Below, in pieces: positions 12,190 to 24,717 of a DNA stretch of 64,000 nt (positions within the stretch are counted from its first letter, which is position 1; the number at the start of each line of letters is the position of its first letter). The position numbers and the translations under genes were made by a program. Under the pieces are notes generated by a model. The model was given only the letters and a program-made list of their open reading frames with translations, was not told the origin of the DNA and did no database searches. Location: contig NC_092374.1 in the NCBI RefSeq assembly GCF_030028105.1, positions 175,112,057 through 175,176,056 of the forward strand. Reading direction: 5' to 3'. Source of the stretch: Mobula birostris. Taxonomy: Eukaryota.

Positions 12190-14470
12190 CCAAGGAGCAA
12201 TTCAATAGTCTTACAACAGTGTGGTAGAAGCTATCCTTGAGCCTGGCCTTTGATCAAGCTGTTTGCATGACTGAGACAGCAAGAAATGTAGAGAGTTTAT
12301 GTGTGATAGGCTTGACAGTGTTCAAAAGTTTTTGCAATATCCCGTGGTCTTGGGCAGAGCAGTTGTCATACCAGGATGTGTTGTATCTGGAAAGGATGTT
12401 CTCCATGGTGCATTTGTAAAAACAGGACAGAGTCATCATGACTATGCCGAATTTCCTTAGCCTTCAATGTGGTTGGACGAGGACAAGCTATTAGTGAAAA
12501 CTACACCTGGGAACTTGAAATTCTCAGCTTTCTCCACCACAGACAGGAGCATGGGTACCGTCCACCATGAAGTCAATGACTAGCTCTTTCGTTTTGTTGA
12601 CATTAAGGGAAAGGTTGTTGTAATGGCACCATGATACTAAGCTCTTTGTTTCCTTCCTGTACTCCAAATCATTAATACAGACGTGGCCCACTACAATGGT
12701 ATCTACAGAGGAGTCACACTAGTGTAGTGGTTAGCATGACATTATTACAGCTTGGAGTTTCAGAGTTCACAGTTCAATTCCGGCATCTTCTCTATGCAAA
12801 TTTCTATGTTCCTTTCCATGTACGCGGACATTTCCTTTGGGTGCTCCTGTTTCCTCGCACTGTCCAAAGGTAGTAAGTTAATATGTTAATTGGTAATTTT
12901 AAATTGCCCTGTTATTAGACTAGGGTTAAATCAGTGGGTTGCTGGGCAGTGCCGCTCGAATTACTGGAAGGGCCTATTCCACTCAGTATCTCTAAATAAA
13001 ATAAAATAATTTTAAAAAATAGCTCAACTGCAAACAAATTGATGGAGTTTGAATAAAATTTGCTCACGGAGATGTGTGTGTACAGGGAGTAAAGAAGGGA
13101 GCTGCGGACACAGTCTTGTGGGGCCCCAGTGTTTAGAATAATAATACTGGAGATGTTGCTGTCTGTCCTTACTGACTGTGGTCTGTTGTTCAGGAAGTCG
13201 AGGACCCAGTTGCAAGTCAGGCATTGAGTCCCAAGTCTGGAGTTTGCTTAGAATTATAGTATTGAAGGTGGAGATGTAGTCAATAAACAAGAATCTAACA
13301 TTGGTGTCTTTATGGACCAGATGCTCTAGATGAGTGTAGAGGCAGGGAGGTGGTATCTGTCATGGATCTGTTTCTGCAGTAGGTAAATTGCAGTGTGTCA
13401 CGGTTGTTTGGGAGGCTGGAGTTGATATGTGCCATCACCAACCTCCTGAAATACTTCATCAAGACACATTACCTCAGCCTTCTTTTGTACAGGATGATAG
13501 TGGTCTTCTTATAAGCAGGTGGGAACCTCACATTGAAGCAGGAAGAGGTTGAAAATGCCTGCAAATACCCCCCACCAGCTGATCTGTGAGGATTGAAAGA
13601 CACGGCTGGCTACATCATCCAGGCACAATGCTTTCTGCAAGTTTACACCCCCGAAAACTGATCTCACGCCTGCGACAGTGACTGTAGGTTCGTGCAATGG
13701 GGTCTATAAGGGTGGGCGGTGACATTCCAATCTCTTTCTGTTCAAAATGAGCATAGAATGTGATAAGCACATTGAGGAGGGATGCATAACTGTCAGCAAT
13801 ATTGTCCAGCTTCAATTTGGGGACCATTCTAAGGTGCCCTGCCAGAACTGATAATTGGGCAGGGACTATAGCATGATCTGCTACTGTCTTTTGGCATTTC
13901 TGATACATTTACAAAGCCTGAACTTTGATTTCCTGCATGGTTACCTGACTTGCAAACCTCAGACTTAGATTCAGTAGGGAGTAGATCTCCTTGTTCATCC
14001 ATGATTTCCAGTACAGTAACACCAAGTTTTACCACACTCCTCAACACACTGGCTGATAAAGTCTGTGATGGTCTGATATACTCATCTAAATTAGCTGTTG
14101 AGTCTTTGATTATGGACTAGTCCACTGTATAGAAGACCCCTATTTCCTCAGAGCAGCACTGTGAGACATTCCATACTGGATCTTCCTGTTTCAGTTCCTG
14201 TTTGCATGCAGGGAGCAGGAGTACAGCTTGGTCGTCTGATTTACCAAAGTGTGTGTTGGGGGGGTTGGGGGAGGTGGTGGATTGGTATTGCTATCATTGA
14301 TGGTTGTGTAGCAATGGTTAAGGATGCTTGGACCTTTGTGGGACAGGAGATGTGTTGTTATTATTTTGGTAACACACTCTTAAAGTCCCTGGTTATGATG
14401 AAGAGGACCCCAGGGTGTCCTGCCTCAGGGCTGTTGATCGTGGAGTATTATTCATTGAGTGCAGGCTTCA
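12190..14470 (-). mobile_element. Fragmented Rex1/Babar-type LINE (RT and APE remnants), interrupted by a V-SINE
   Basis: MFIDYISTFNTII..KL, GPTRLCPQL (frameshifted GAPQGCVLSP), YTMENILSRYNTSWYDNCS. Confidence 0.7.
12712..13010 (+). mobile_element. tRNA-derived V-SINE (HE1-like)
   Basis: A box tgtagtggttagc, V-domain remnant gggtgctcctgtttcctc.cac.gtccaaag, CR1-like tail with (taaaa)n. Confidence 0.7.
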
Positions 14471-16460
14471 GAAACACCTAGGGTGGGATATAGACGGCTG
14501 AAGTGAACTCCAATGGGCGGCAGTACGGACCACACTTCACTGTTTGATATGCCGAGTCAGGTGAGCAGGAACTCACGAGAATGAATTGGTTTGGAAGCAA
14601 CCTCCTCCACCTCTTGCTTTGCCCGAGGATGCTGTCCAGTCCATTTGGCGAATTGAGAAATTCTTAGGCTGAAGGTGAAGCCAGCGTGAGTCACATTTCA
14701 GTGAGACAGATTACACAGCAGACCCTGAGTTCCTTTTAATAACGAATGTAGCTTTAAGTTCATCCAGTTTGTTTACGATGGCCTGGACTTGTGCCAGGTT
14801 TATACTGGGGTGGAGGGATTTGAACCTGTGTTGTTTCAGGCTCACTGCAGCCCAGCCCTCCTCACACTTTTCCTGGGAGAGTGACTATGGTTGGCACAGG
14901 AATTGGAGTGTGGAATCACTGATCCAGAAGATAGTCAAAGGTATCAGGTGAAGTCCAGGAATCAGTTCACAGTGTTGGGTGTTCTGGACATTTGGTCTTT
15001 AATATCAGGTCATGGTATGGGCATTCCACATTATCAGGCCTTTCGTTCAGTTGTGCCCGGGATGGGATAGTGGGGTAGGCCACTCCCACCGATCAATGTT
15101 CATGTCTGGGTCAGGCCTTCAAAAGTCTGGTAGGTCACTCATCTATCCAAACATTGGAGACTGCATTTCCAGCGCTAGCAGTAAGTTCTCACTAGTTGGG
15201 CACTCCTGTAATTCGGAAACATTTTCAGTCTCACTGATTGGGCCCATTTGGGTTCGGGAAATTTAAGAGAACAGTTTAAATAATTCTTACAGTCTTAGAA
15301 TTGAGATTTAAAAGAGAATGACTATAATGAGGGAATCTGCTGGGGACAACCCTCAAAGAGTCACCACACTCTGGAACCATTTAACTCCTCAGTTATCAGT
15401 GAGCATTCTGAGTGATGAGTTCATTACTCTCACACAGTAAAATGAAAAAAACAGAAACATTACAAATAAGCATAAAAATAATTGTGATTCCTTTATAATT
15501 GCTTATATTCTGAAATAACCCTGTGAAAGTGCACAATCTAAAATAGCTAATTATATAAACCAGATTACTACAACCTGTGACTACAGTATAGTACAATGGC
15601 AAAGTTTTCACTTGTCAGATTTTAAGGAACTAATTTATTAGTGATTGCATTAGACTCATCAGAATCTGAGTAAATTACTGACTGGGGCACAGAAGGTGTC
15701 AGGACAAAGCCACTGAGGTTTACCCAAGGCCCAGTTAATGCTCATTGAAGACCTTGCCAGTACCTCACTATGACCACTTGGAAAGCAGTCAACACAGAAA
15801 ATGTTTGACAGTGTGATTTTATCACAGTTTAATATTGAGCTTTATTCTGAATAATGTGATGATTTTACTGTTGTTTATTTTTTGGAATAGCTTAATATTT
15901 GAGTTGATCTCAGAATAATAGTAAGATTTATTGCATATATTTACTGTGATTTATTGCTGGTGGAGTATTGATATTTCAGATCAGGGATTATTCTTTGATA
16001 AGTTGTTTTATTGTTTAATTTTGGGGTCTGTTTAATATCATGTTTTGTATTAAATCATATTTATTGCTGTTTAATATTTGGAGTTACTTTAGTAAAGATG
16101 CTTGTTACGTCAGGAGTTAAAACACAGAACAGTACAGCACAGGCCTTTCAGCCCACTGTATTATACCGACCTTTTACCCTACTCCACGATCAATCTAACC
16201 CTTTCATCCTGCACAGCTTATAGCTCTCCAGTTTTCTTACATCCGTGTGCTTACCCAAGAGTCACGTAAATATCCCTAATGGATCAGCCTTAACCACCAC
16301 CCCTAGCTGTTATTGCTCTTATTTATTGCTGACCAATTTTATCTTGAATTAGAGTTTTAATTCTGCTTAATATCAAATTTATTGTCAGGCATACCTAGGG
16401 TTTAAATGCCATGATAATTAGAATTTTGACCCAGCACAGTACATTGCACCAGCTGGAGGC

Positions 16461-16886
16461 TGTATTGGAGGGGTCGTGACTGTCACGTGACAGCGCTGCC
16501 CATTTACCTAGTCGAAAGACATGCCATCTGCGAATCAAGGTTTGACCCCTCCTCGCCCATCAATGCACACCTAACCACTGGCCCCTTTAATTAGCCTTGT
16601 ACTTGACCTCGGGCAATTGGCCTTTGTAATCAGCTTAACCCTGCTGGCACTGAGCCATTGGCTTCCCTGTGAACCACCTGGGCTGGACTCATCATCCCTG
16701 CTGCACTATAAAGGAAGCTATGTGTGCTTGACCCTCTCTTTTTTTGCAACCTCTGACGGACCACCCTGTTGTTGGTGAGTTGTGCATTGAATAGGGTTAG
16801 GAGTGTGGGTATTGTCCCTAATATCATAGGAGCCATGCCCGCACAGGGTCAAGGGGTGTCAGGTACTGTTTTGACTTTTCCCTTGG

Positions 16887-16948
<62 letters not shown>

Positions 16949-17138
16949 TGTTCCCACATGATTTTATTAATTGTCCGCGTGTGTTTTATTGCCAATCTGA
17001 CTACCATAAGTTGTGCACATATGCCTGTTGCTTCTGTGCTATTTCCCCACGTTTGCCTTCTGTAAATAAAATCCTTTACTACCAAGACTACGTGTCCAGA
17101 ATCCTTGTCCTATTGAATCTATTTCCTCACTTACAACA
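16461..17138 (+). mobile_element. Putative solo LTR with internal (GT)n, in the presumed intron 1 / upstream region
   Basis: TG...ACA ends, TATAAA at ~16706, AATAAA at ~17065. No perfect TSD. Confidence 0.4.
16889..16944. repeat. (GT)~28 microsatellite
   Basis: Perfect dinucleotide run. Confidence 0.98.
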
Positions 17139-17360
17139 GTGGCATAGTGGCATCAGTGCCGGACTTCGGAGCGAAGGCTCCCAAGTTCGAATCCAGCCGG
17201 CTCCCGTGCATGCTTTCCATCCATGCTGGGTTGAGCTCTGAGCTAGCAACTCGACCTCGTAAAAAACAAATTGCCTGCTACAGAAACATCAACAGCAAAA
17301 GTTGGTGGCCTATGCTGTCTCGTGAGTGAAAAGGCAATTTCTCTTTCTTCTTCTTTCTAC
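17139..17360 (+). mobile_element. tRNA-derived SINE
   Basis: A box TGGCATAGTGG, B box GTTCGAATCC, non-tRNA body, (ttc)n-like tail. Confidence 0.6.
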
Positions 17361-17928
17361 AGTACATTGCGGACATGACAAACAGACTAAAATTAACATA
17401 AATTATATATAATGTGTGCAATAAGAATAACTACACCAGTGCAAGTTGAGAGGGAATAAGATAATATAGTCTGAGACAGTGTTACAGTTTTTCAGGTCTG
17501 TTCAAAATAGTGATCAGTTCATGGTGATCTGATGTTGGGATCAGAATCGAAATCGGGGTTTCTCTCTTGCACCAATTTGCCAAGTTTCAAAGGTTACAGC
17601 TCAGTATATTGGTTCATTTAGCAACAGTAATAAATCATTTACCATTTAACATCTGGTCATTTGGTGTGTTTGAGTCTGCCATCTGGGCTCTGTGCTGATC
17701 ATTCATGGGTGACATGTGCCTGAACACACAATAAATTTTGTGTCACTGCCTTTACTCTGCTTTGACATTGATCCCAGCTGCATCCCGGGCTCCCCTCTCT
17801 CCATCTGCTCCCTGCTGGCCCCTGGGTTCACTCTCTCCAATTGTCTGGCATTTCCTCAGGCTCCCCCGCTATTCCCCACCACTTAGCTCTCTCCTTGCTC
17901 TCAGCTGATCACGTTTCTTCTCTCACAG

Positions 17929-18177
17929 ACCTACATGAGGATCACATGGTCTATATTGCCCAGGACCGCAGTCCTGACAAACAGTTCGATGTTTTGTTTG
18001 ATGGCGATGAGATTTTGTACATGGACTTCAATCTGAAGAAGGAGGTGCCACGGATCCCCGAGTTCGCAGACCAAGTGATGGAGGGAGGAGAGGCAACTAT
18101 CTCGGCTAGTATGGCCATCGTGAAACAAAATTTAAATGTTTGGAAGAACCTGTTCCAAGGGAGCCCAGAACCTAAAG
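17929..18177 (+). CDS. mhc2a: MHC class II alpha exon 2 (alpha-1 peptide-binding domain, 249 nt)
   Basis: Acceptor tctcacAG|AC, donor AAAG|GTGAG. Reads (D)LHEDHMVYIAQDRSPDKQFDVLFDGDEILYMDFNLKKEVPRIPEFADQVMEGGEATISASMAIVKQNLNVWKNLFQGSPEPK, with the class II alpha FDGDE..YxDF and PEF motifs. Confidence 0.95.
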
Positions 18178-18419
18178 GTGAGAGAGTAGGGGTTGGGGCA
18201 AGTGTCACTGAGCCCGGGGTAATGCGGATCTGTCCGGGGACCAGCCTGGGGCTGAGCGCCACTTCAACCCCTCCTCAACCTCAGCTCCTGGCTGGTCCTT
18301 CACACAATCCAACCCCTCTTTTTTAACCTTCGCATTCCCCAATCCTGGGAAACACTGCAACACCCAACTAGTCCGGGCCCTTCCACAGTTCACTCACTCA
18401 GGGCCGATACCTCTTGGGT

Positions 18420-19270
18420 TCTGGAGAAACAAATAACCTGCTGGAGGAACTCAGTGGGTTAAAGTTCAAAGTACATAGGCTATGTACATCCTTGAGATTT
18501 GTCTCTTTCAAGCAGCCACAAAATAAAGAAACACAATAGAGTCGATTTAAAAAAATCTACACTACAAAGAATATCAACACCCAGTGTGCGAGAAAAGAAC
18601 AAATTGTGCAAAGAGTAAAAAATAAACAAATAACACAAAACAACAACACACAAAACGCTGGAGGAACTCAGCTGGTCAGGCAGCATCTATGGCAAAGAGT
18701 TAATAGTCACTGTTTTGGGCCAAGACCCTTCATCAGGACTGAGAAAGAAGGGGGAAGCTGCCAGAATGAAGAGCTGGGGGGAGGGGAAGGAGGCTAGCTG
18801 GAAGGTGATAGGTGAACCCATGTGGGAGGGAAAGGTCGAGGGCTGGAGAGTAAGGAATTTGATAGGAGAGGAGAGTGGACCAGAGGAGAAAGGGAAGGAG
18901 GAGGGTCCTGGGGGAAGTAACAGGCAGGTGAGAAGAGGGAAAAGCTCAGAGTGGGGAACAGAGGAAGAAGGGAAGGGGGAAGTTTGTTTACTGGAGGGTG
19001 AAATTGATATTCATGTCATCTGGTTGGAGGCTATTCAAGATTGAATATAAGGTGTTGTTCCTCCACCCTGAGGGTGCCTCATCTTGGCACAATAGCACAC
19101 AGACCATGAAACGCAGGGTCCCTGAAAGTAAATCCTCAGACATGGAGCCAGGCAGCATCTGTGGGGGGAAATGGACAATTAACATTTCAGATCGAGTTCC
19201 TTTTATCTTGAGGTCGACGAGGTTGCTGGAGGAGTGTGAATGGGTGATGGGCTATGAGGAGGTGGGGGGA
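18420..19270 (-). mobile_element. Penelope-like 3' remnant plus Rex-type 3'UTR repeat in MHC IIA intron 2
   Basis: Minus-strand EEQHLIF..SLQPDDMNINF (PLE C-terminus) at ~18990-19060, pLTR at 18640-18745. Confidence 0.65.
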
Positions 19271-19575
19271 GTGTGAGGAGCTGACAGAGTCTGGGGAAGT
19301 GTGTGTTGGGGGGGGTGATGGTGTAGATTTTACTGATGGAAGTCACTGCTGGCAAACACCTGAGACCAGATGTTGTGGCCAAGATAAACCAACCATTTCA
19401 TTATCTCACCCAATGTTTAGTTGGAAATTTGAAAACACATTTTTGTTGTCTCCACTGGGTTCCCATTGGGTGTGGGCTGGTCTGGGTCTCTCCATCCTAC
19501 ACTCCCACCCCCACACATTAGATTTTCTGTGCCCTTTCACCTTGGTTAACCTGTATTCACGCTGTCTGCCCACAG

Positions 19576-19856
19576 TTCCCCCTCAGACTGCCATGTACCC
19601 CGAGGAACCCCTGGAGTCGGGTCAGCCCAACACTTTGATCTGTCTGGCTGACGGATCTATCCACCGATCATCAGGACGACGTGGAAACGGAACAAGAATC
19701 CTGTGACCGGTGGAGTCAACACCACAGAGTACTACCTGAAGAGAAATTCCTACTTCCAGAGATTCTCCTACCTGAGCTTTGTGCCAAGTCCTGGAGATAT
19801 GTACTCCTGCCATGTGGAGCATGAGTCTATGAAGGAGCCAAGAGTTGTCTTCTGGG
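19576..19856 (+). CDS. mhc2a: MHC class II alpha exon 3 (alpha-2 Ig C1 domain), 281 nt, with 1-nt deletion
   Basis: Acceptor gcccacAG|TT, donor TGGG|GTTAGT. Restoring one T at ~19656 gives VPPQTAMYPEEPLESGQPNTLICLADGFYPPIIRTTWKRNKNPVTGGVNTTEYYLKRNSYFQRFSYLSFVPSPGDMYSCHVEHESMKEPRVVFW (NTLIC..GFYP, W, YSCxVEH). Confidence 0.93.
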
Positions 19857-21419
19857 GTTAGTATGGGCCAGGTTACTAGGTGGTGGTGGGAGCTGATTCC
19901 AGGGTAGTTCTAAGGTCACCTGATCTATTAGCTTTCTGTTCCAGCCATAAGCAGGTGATCCTGTGTAAATACCATGCACTCTGGGCTATTTGGGGCATGG
20001 GGTGAGTACAGATGGGTGCTGTATTGAGTGAAAAAGAAAATAAATTCCATGATGTGGGAAATCTGAAAAAATCAGGGAATGCTGGAAACACTCAGCAGGT
20101 CAGGTGGTATCTGTGGGAGAGAAACTCATCAGAACTTGGGAAATGAGAAAAGAAGTATGTTAAGTTGCAGCGATGGGGCAGGCTGGTGTGACCAGGGGAG
20201 CCTCTGATCACCCCTGATCCAGGCGATATTCATCACACCCTGTAATGAAAGAATGTTGGTGAATCATAGGCAATCTATCTGATGAAGTGTGAACAGATGG
20301 GCAGGAAGGAGGACAGAAGAAAGAAACAAAGTACTGAAACTATGAGATGAAGAACTGAAATGCTGTAAATCTGAAATCTGAGACTCAAGCAGGGCCTGTG
20401 AAGAGGAACTGAGTTATCTTTGCCAGTTAGTGGTCTTGCATCAGAATAAAGAGGAATGCTGGTTATCTGGAATACCTGAATTAATTGCTGAGTGATGATA
20501 GCAGCAATGTGACTTAGACTTTTACACTGAGGCTTCAGTGGATCAGTGTGGGAAATCAGAGTGGGAGTGGAATGGAAAATTAAAGTCATTGGAGGATTAG
20601 GGCCACCCTATGGACTGAAAGAGATTTTCTGTACAATAGTCAGCCAGACTGTGTTTGGCTCCTCCAATGTAAAATCATAAGGTTTAGGAGCAGGTAGTAG
20701 TAGGCAGCTGTGGATCTTGGGGGATCATGAGTTTGCATCTCTGGTGGACTGTGTCTTCTCCAGGGTGCAAGTCTAGGTGGGAAGATTCGAAGAACCAGCT
20801 GTTGCTCATGCAGTGAGTTCCATCTCTCCACATCACTGATGTAGTCCAAGGGAAGGGCAAGCATTGATAGAGCTTGGCACCAGTGTCATCACAGAGGTTG
20901 CCAGAGTGAAGTTGTAAACAACATCAAACTGCATTAGGGACCCTGACTCCAGATTTCTTCCTCCAGGTTTACTCCTGAAGCCTTTCCCGTGAGTGGGTAT
21001 GGCCACAAGACAACAGAAGTTTAAAACAGTTTTCCTTCTCTTAGGTGGGCTGCCGTCCAAGGCTGATGAGCCCTACCTGCCTGAAACTACTGGTTTTGAG
21101 GCATCAGTGGTCTGCCTTTGCCTCTTCTCTTGTCAGTAGAAACAGTTCCACTGGGTCTAGTAGCTATGCCACACGTGAAGGCCAAGGGTTGGATTCGGTT
21201 GTCAGAGGCTGTTTGAGTCACACGCCATTTGGAGCACTTTATAGGTAGTGGGAGCTTATCCCCACTACCACCCCGGCTATGACAACCTTAGGAACCTCAG
21301 GAGTAGGTAAAGACCTGCTGAACCTAATTTTCACAACACGGGAAGAGGCCATCAGTCTATCAGGTCACTGCCAGCTCCCAGCAGAGGAAATCCAGTAACC
21401 CTGATCTCATTCCCTCTCA

Positions 21420-21515
21420 CAGCCAAAGAGTCATAGACACTACAGCAGTCTTAGGGATGTGGGAAGAAAATGGACCTTCACAGGGAAATCCACAGTCACA
21501 GGGAGAATACAGAAA
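21420..21515 (-). mobile_element. Partial V-SINE
   Basis: Reverse complement of the V-domain (tgtgggaagaaa...cacagggagaatac). Confidence 0.5.
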
Positions 21516-21719
21516 CACCGCACCTACAGCACCGGAGGTTGGGATCTGCAAACTGTCCAGAGGCACCAATTTAGGACAGGCATCAAATCAGAGTGAGGGT
21601 CAGAGAACGATATCTCCACCTGGCCTGTGGGGCCAATGGGAACTCACTACCAGAGAAAGACCTAGATAGCAGAGTGGGATGGTGGGCTTACAGGACAACT
21701 TATTAGCCGTCTTTGGGAG

Positions 21720-22330
21720 AACATAGAACATAGAAATCCACAGCACATTACAGACCCTTCGGCCCACACTGTCGTGCTGACCATGTAACCTACTCTAAAA
21801 CTGTCTAGAATTTCCCTACCTCATAGCCCTCTATTTTTATAAGCTCCATGTACCTATCTAAGAGTCTCTTAAAAGACCCTATTGTATCCACCTCTACCAT
21901 CGTTGCAGGCAGTGCATTCCACACACCCACCACTCTCTCTGTGTAAAACTTACCTCTGACATCTCCCTTGTACCTACTTTCAGGCACCTTAAAACTATAC
22001 CTCCTCGTGTTAGCCTTTTCAGCCCTGGGAAAAAAGCCTCTGGCTATCCACACGATCAATGCCTCTCATCCTCCGTCGATCCAGGGAGAAAAGGCCAAGG
22101 TCATTCAACCTATTCTCATAAGTCATGCTCTCCAATCCAGGTAACATCCTTGTAAATCTCCTCTGCACTTTTTCTATAGTAGTCACATCCTTCCAGTAGT
22201 GAGGTGACCACAACTGAACACAGTACTCCAAGAGGGTTCTTATAGAGCTGTAGCATTACCTCACGGTTCTTGAACTCAATCCCATGGTTGATGAATGCCA
22301 ACACACCATATGCCTTCTTAACAACATTCC
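21720..22330 (-). mobile_element. CR1 3' fragment
   Basis: VVKKAYGVLAFINHGIEFKNREVMLQLYK, EYCVQLWSP, (aacatag)n tail. Confidence 0.85.
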
Positions 22331-24717
22331 CTCTCAGGGAGGGAGGAGAATGTGGACCGAGGGTGGGAAGGACAGTGAGGCTGAGTGGAGGGAAGGAGGG
22401 GGAGGTGTGACTGTTACTCTGAATTTCCAGCATCTGCAGAATCCCTTGTACATAAAATAAAAACCTTATTTTAGTCACCTGGTCTAGGAATATAGTGTAA
22501 ATGGAATTGGATGATGGTGCACACGTACTGGTACTGAGTGCCTTCAGCCACGCGGAATGTGAAGTCAGTGGTACCTTCTGAGGGCAGAGAGGGTAGACTT
22601 GAAGAGGGGGGACTTCAGTCAGGTCCACTGCCCGAGGATAAAAGGAAGGAGCGGTTTACAAGCACATAATAGAGCTTTGACCGGGTGCCAATCAGCATTT
22701 GGGGCTCATTAGTAAGAGCAAATTAAAGGAAGGCAGGGGTAAGCACAGTGGCTGTCGTCTGAGTGAGCATAGTCAGAGTGGTGATCTCAAGGCTTTAGCT
22801 CTCCGAGGCTTCACTCAAAGAAAGCAAAAGAAAGAAAAGCTCAATTTGTTTTCATTCTGTTCTTTAGATCTGCTCAGCTATGACAGTAGGGAGGACAGGC
22901 AGGATAGTGAGGTTTTCCTCTTGCGGGATGTGGGAAGGCAGGGAGACCTCCAATGTCCCTGACGACTACAACTGTGAGAAGTGCATCCAGCTGCAGCTTC
23001 TAACAACTGTGTTAAGAAGTTGGATCTGGAACTGGATGAGCTCCAGATCATTCAGGAGACCGAAGTGATAGATAGGACAAGGTGTAGGTCACAAGAAACT
23101 AGGTGACAGGAAGGGGAAAGGGGTTAAGGAGCTAATGCAGAGTATCCCTGTGGCCATCCCCCTCAACAACAGCACTATCACTTTGAATACTATCAGGGCA
23201 GATGACCTAACAGAGGAAAGACACAGTGGTCAGGTCTCTGGAACTGAATCTGTCTCCGTGACTCAGAAAAGATGTGATAGGGGATTCATTATGGGAATGG
23301 ATGGGAGGTTTTGAGGGTGAGAACGGGATTCCTGGATGGTATGTTGCCTCTGGGGTTCCAGGGTCCGGGATATTTCAGATCGAGCCCTCAGCATTCTTAA
23401 GTGGGAGGGTGAACAGCCAGAAATCCTGGTCCATGTAGGCACCAATGACATGGATAGAATGGATGAAGAGATTCTGCATAGGGATTTCAGGGAGTTAGGT
23501 GGTAAGTTAAAGGGCAGGACCTCCAAAGTTGTGATCCCATGCCACGTGCTAATGAGTCTAGAACTAGAAATATTATACAGTTTAATACGTGGCTAAGGAG
23601 TTGGTGTAGGAGGAAGGACATACGATTTTTGAATCATTGGGATCTCCTGCAGGGAAGGTAGGATATGTACAAAAAGGACGGTTTGCACCTGATCTGGAGG
23701 GGAACTAATATCCTAGTGGGAAGGTTTGTTAATGCTGCATGATGGGGCAGGGGAATGGGAACCAGAGTGCCAGAAAAATTAGTGGAGAGTTTGTGAAGGT
23801 AGATGTTGGTAAGACCTCAGACAAAGTCAGGGATAAAAAGGTTGAGCACAGTGTGACAAGTGTCCTGGGCTCCCTATATTTCAATGCAAGAAGTGCCGTA
23901 ATCAGGTTGGTGGATGATAGTGCTGACGATGAGGTAGCTGGTTTACAAACAGAGGCAATGTGTGTTGAGGGGAGATTGTTGATAGGGCAAAGTTGCAGTC
24001 AACAGGATAAGTTGCAACATAAAAGGCAGACAGAATTGAGAAGGGTGAGTATAGGACTGAAAGTGTGGTATCTGAATGCGGGCAGTATACAGAATAAGGT
24101 AGGTGAAGTTGTAGCACTGTTGCAGATTGGCAGTTATGATGTTGTAGGCATCACTGAGTCATGGCTGAAAGATTATAGCTGGGAGCTTAATGTATTGAAA
24201 GGATAGGCTGGAAGGCAGAGCAGGCGGCATTGCTTTGTTGCTAAAAAATGAAATCAGATTATTAGAAAGGGCTGACATAGGGTCGGAAAGTGTTGAATCT
24301 TTGTGGATAGAGCTAAGGAACTGCAAGGGGAGTTGTATACAGATCCCAAAACAGTAGTAAAGATGTGACCTACAAATTACAATGGAAGATAGAAAATGCA
24401 TGCCAAAAGGGCAATGTTACAATAGTCATGGGGGATTTCAATATGTAGGTAGATTGGGAAAATCAGGTTGGTGCTGGATTACAGGAGTGGGAGTTTCTAG
24501 AGTGCCTATGAGATGGCTTTTTAGAGCATCTTGTGGTTGAGCACCCTAGAGAATCAGTTATTCTGGATTGGGTGTCGTGCAATGAACCAGAATTGATTAC
24601 AGAGTTTAAGGTAAAATAACCCTTGGGAAAAATGATCATAATATGATCGAATTCACTCTGAAATCTGAGGAGAAGCTAAAGTCAGATGTATCAGTATTAC
24701 AGCGGTGTAAAGGGAAT

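Noticed and set aside
15200-15245. CTGATTGG at 15234 as the class II Y box
   Set aside because: No X/X2 box at the conserved distance upstream and no leader ORF downstream.
17139-17210. tRNA genes (also 12712, 33295, 41500, 50640)
   Set aside because: A/B boxes only, with no cloverleaf acceptor stem. Each continues into a SINE body and tail.
17615-17710. TAGCAACAG X-box-like motif and the signal-like frame HLVCLSLPSGLCAD
   Set aside because: No Y box at the right spacing, and the frame has an upstream stop with no ATG.
17841-18326. 161-aa ORF as a complete protein
   Set aside because: It is exon 2 read through into the flanking introns.
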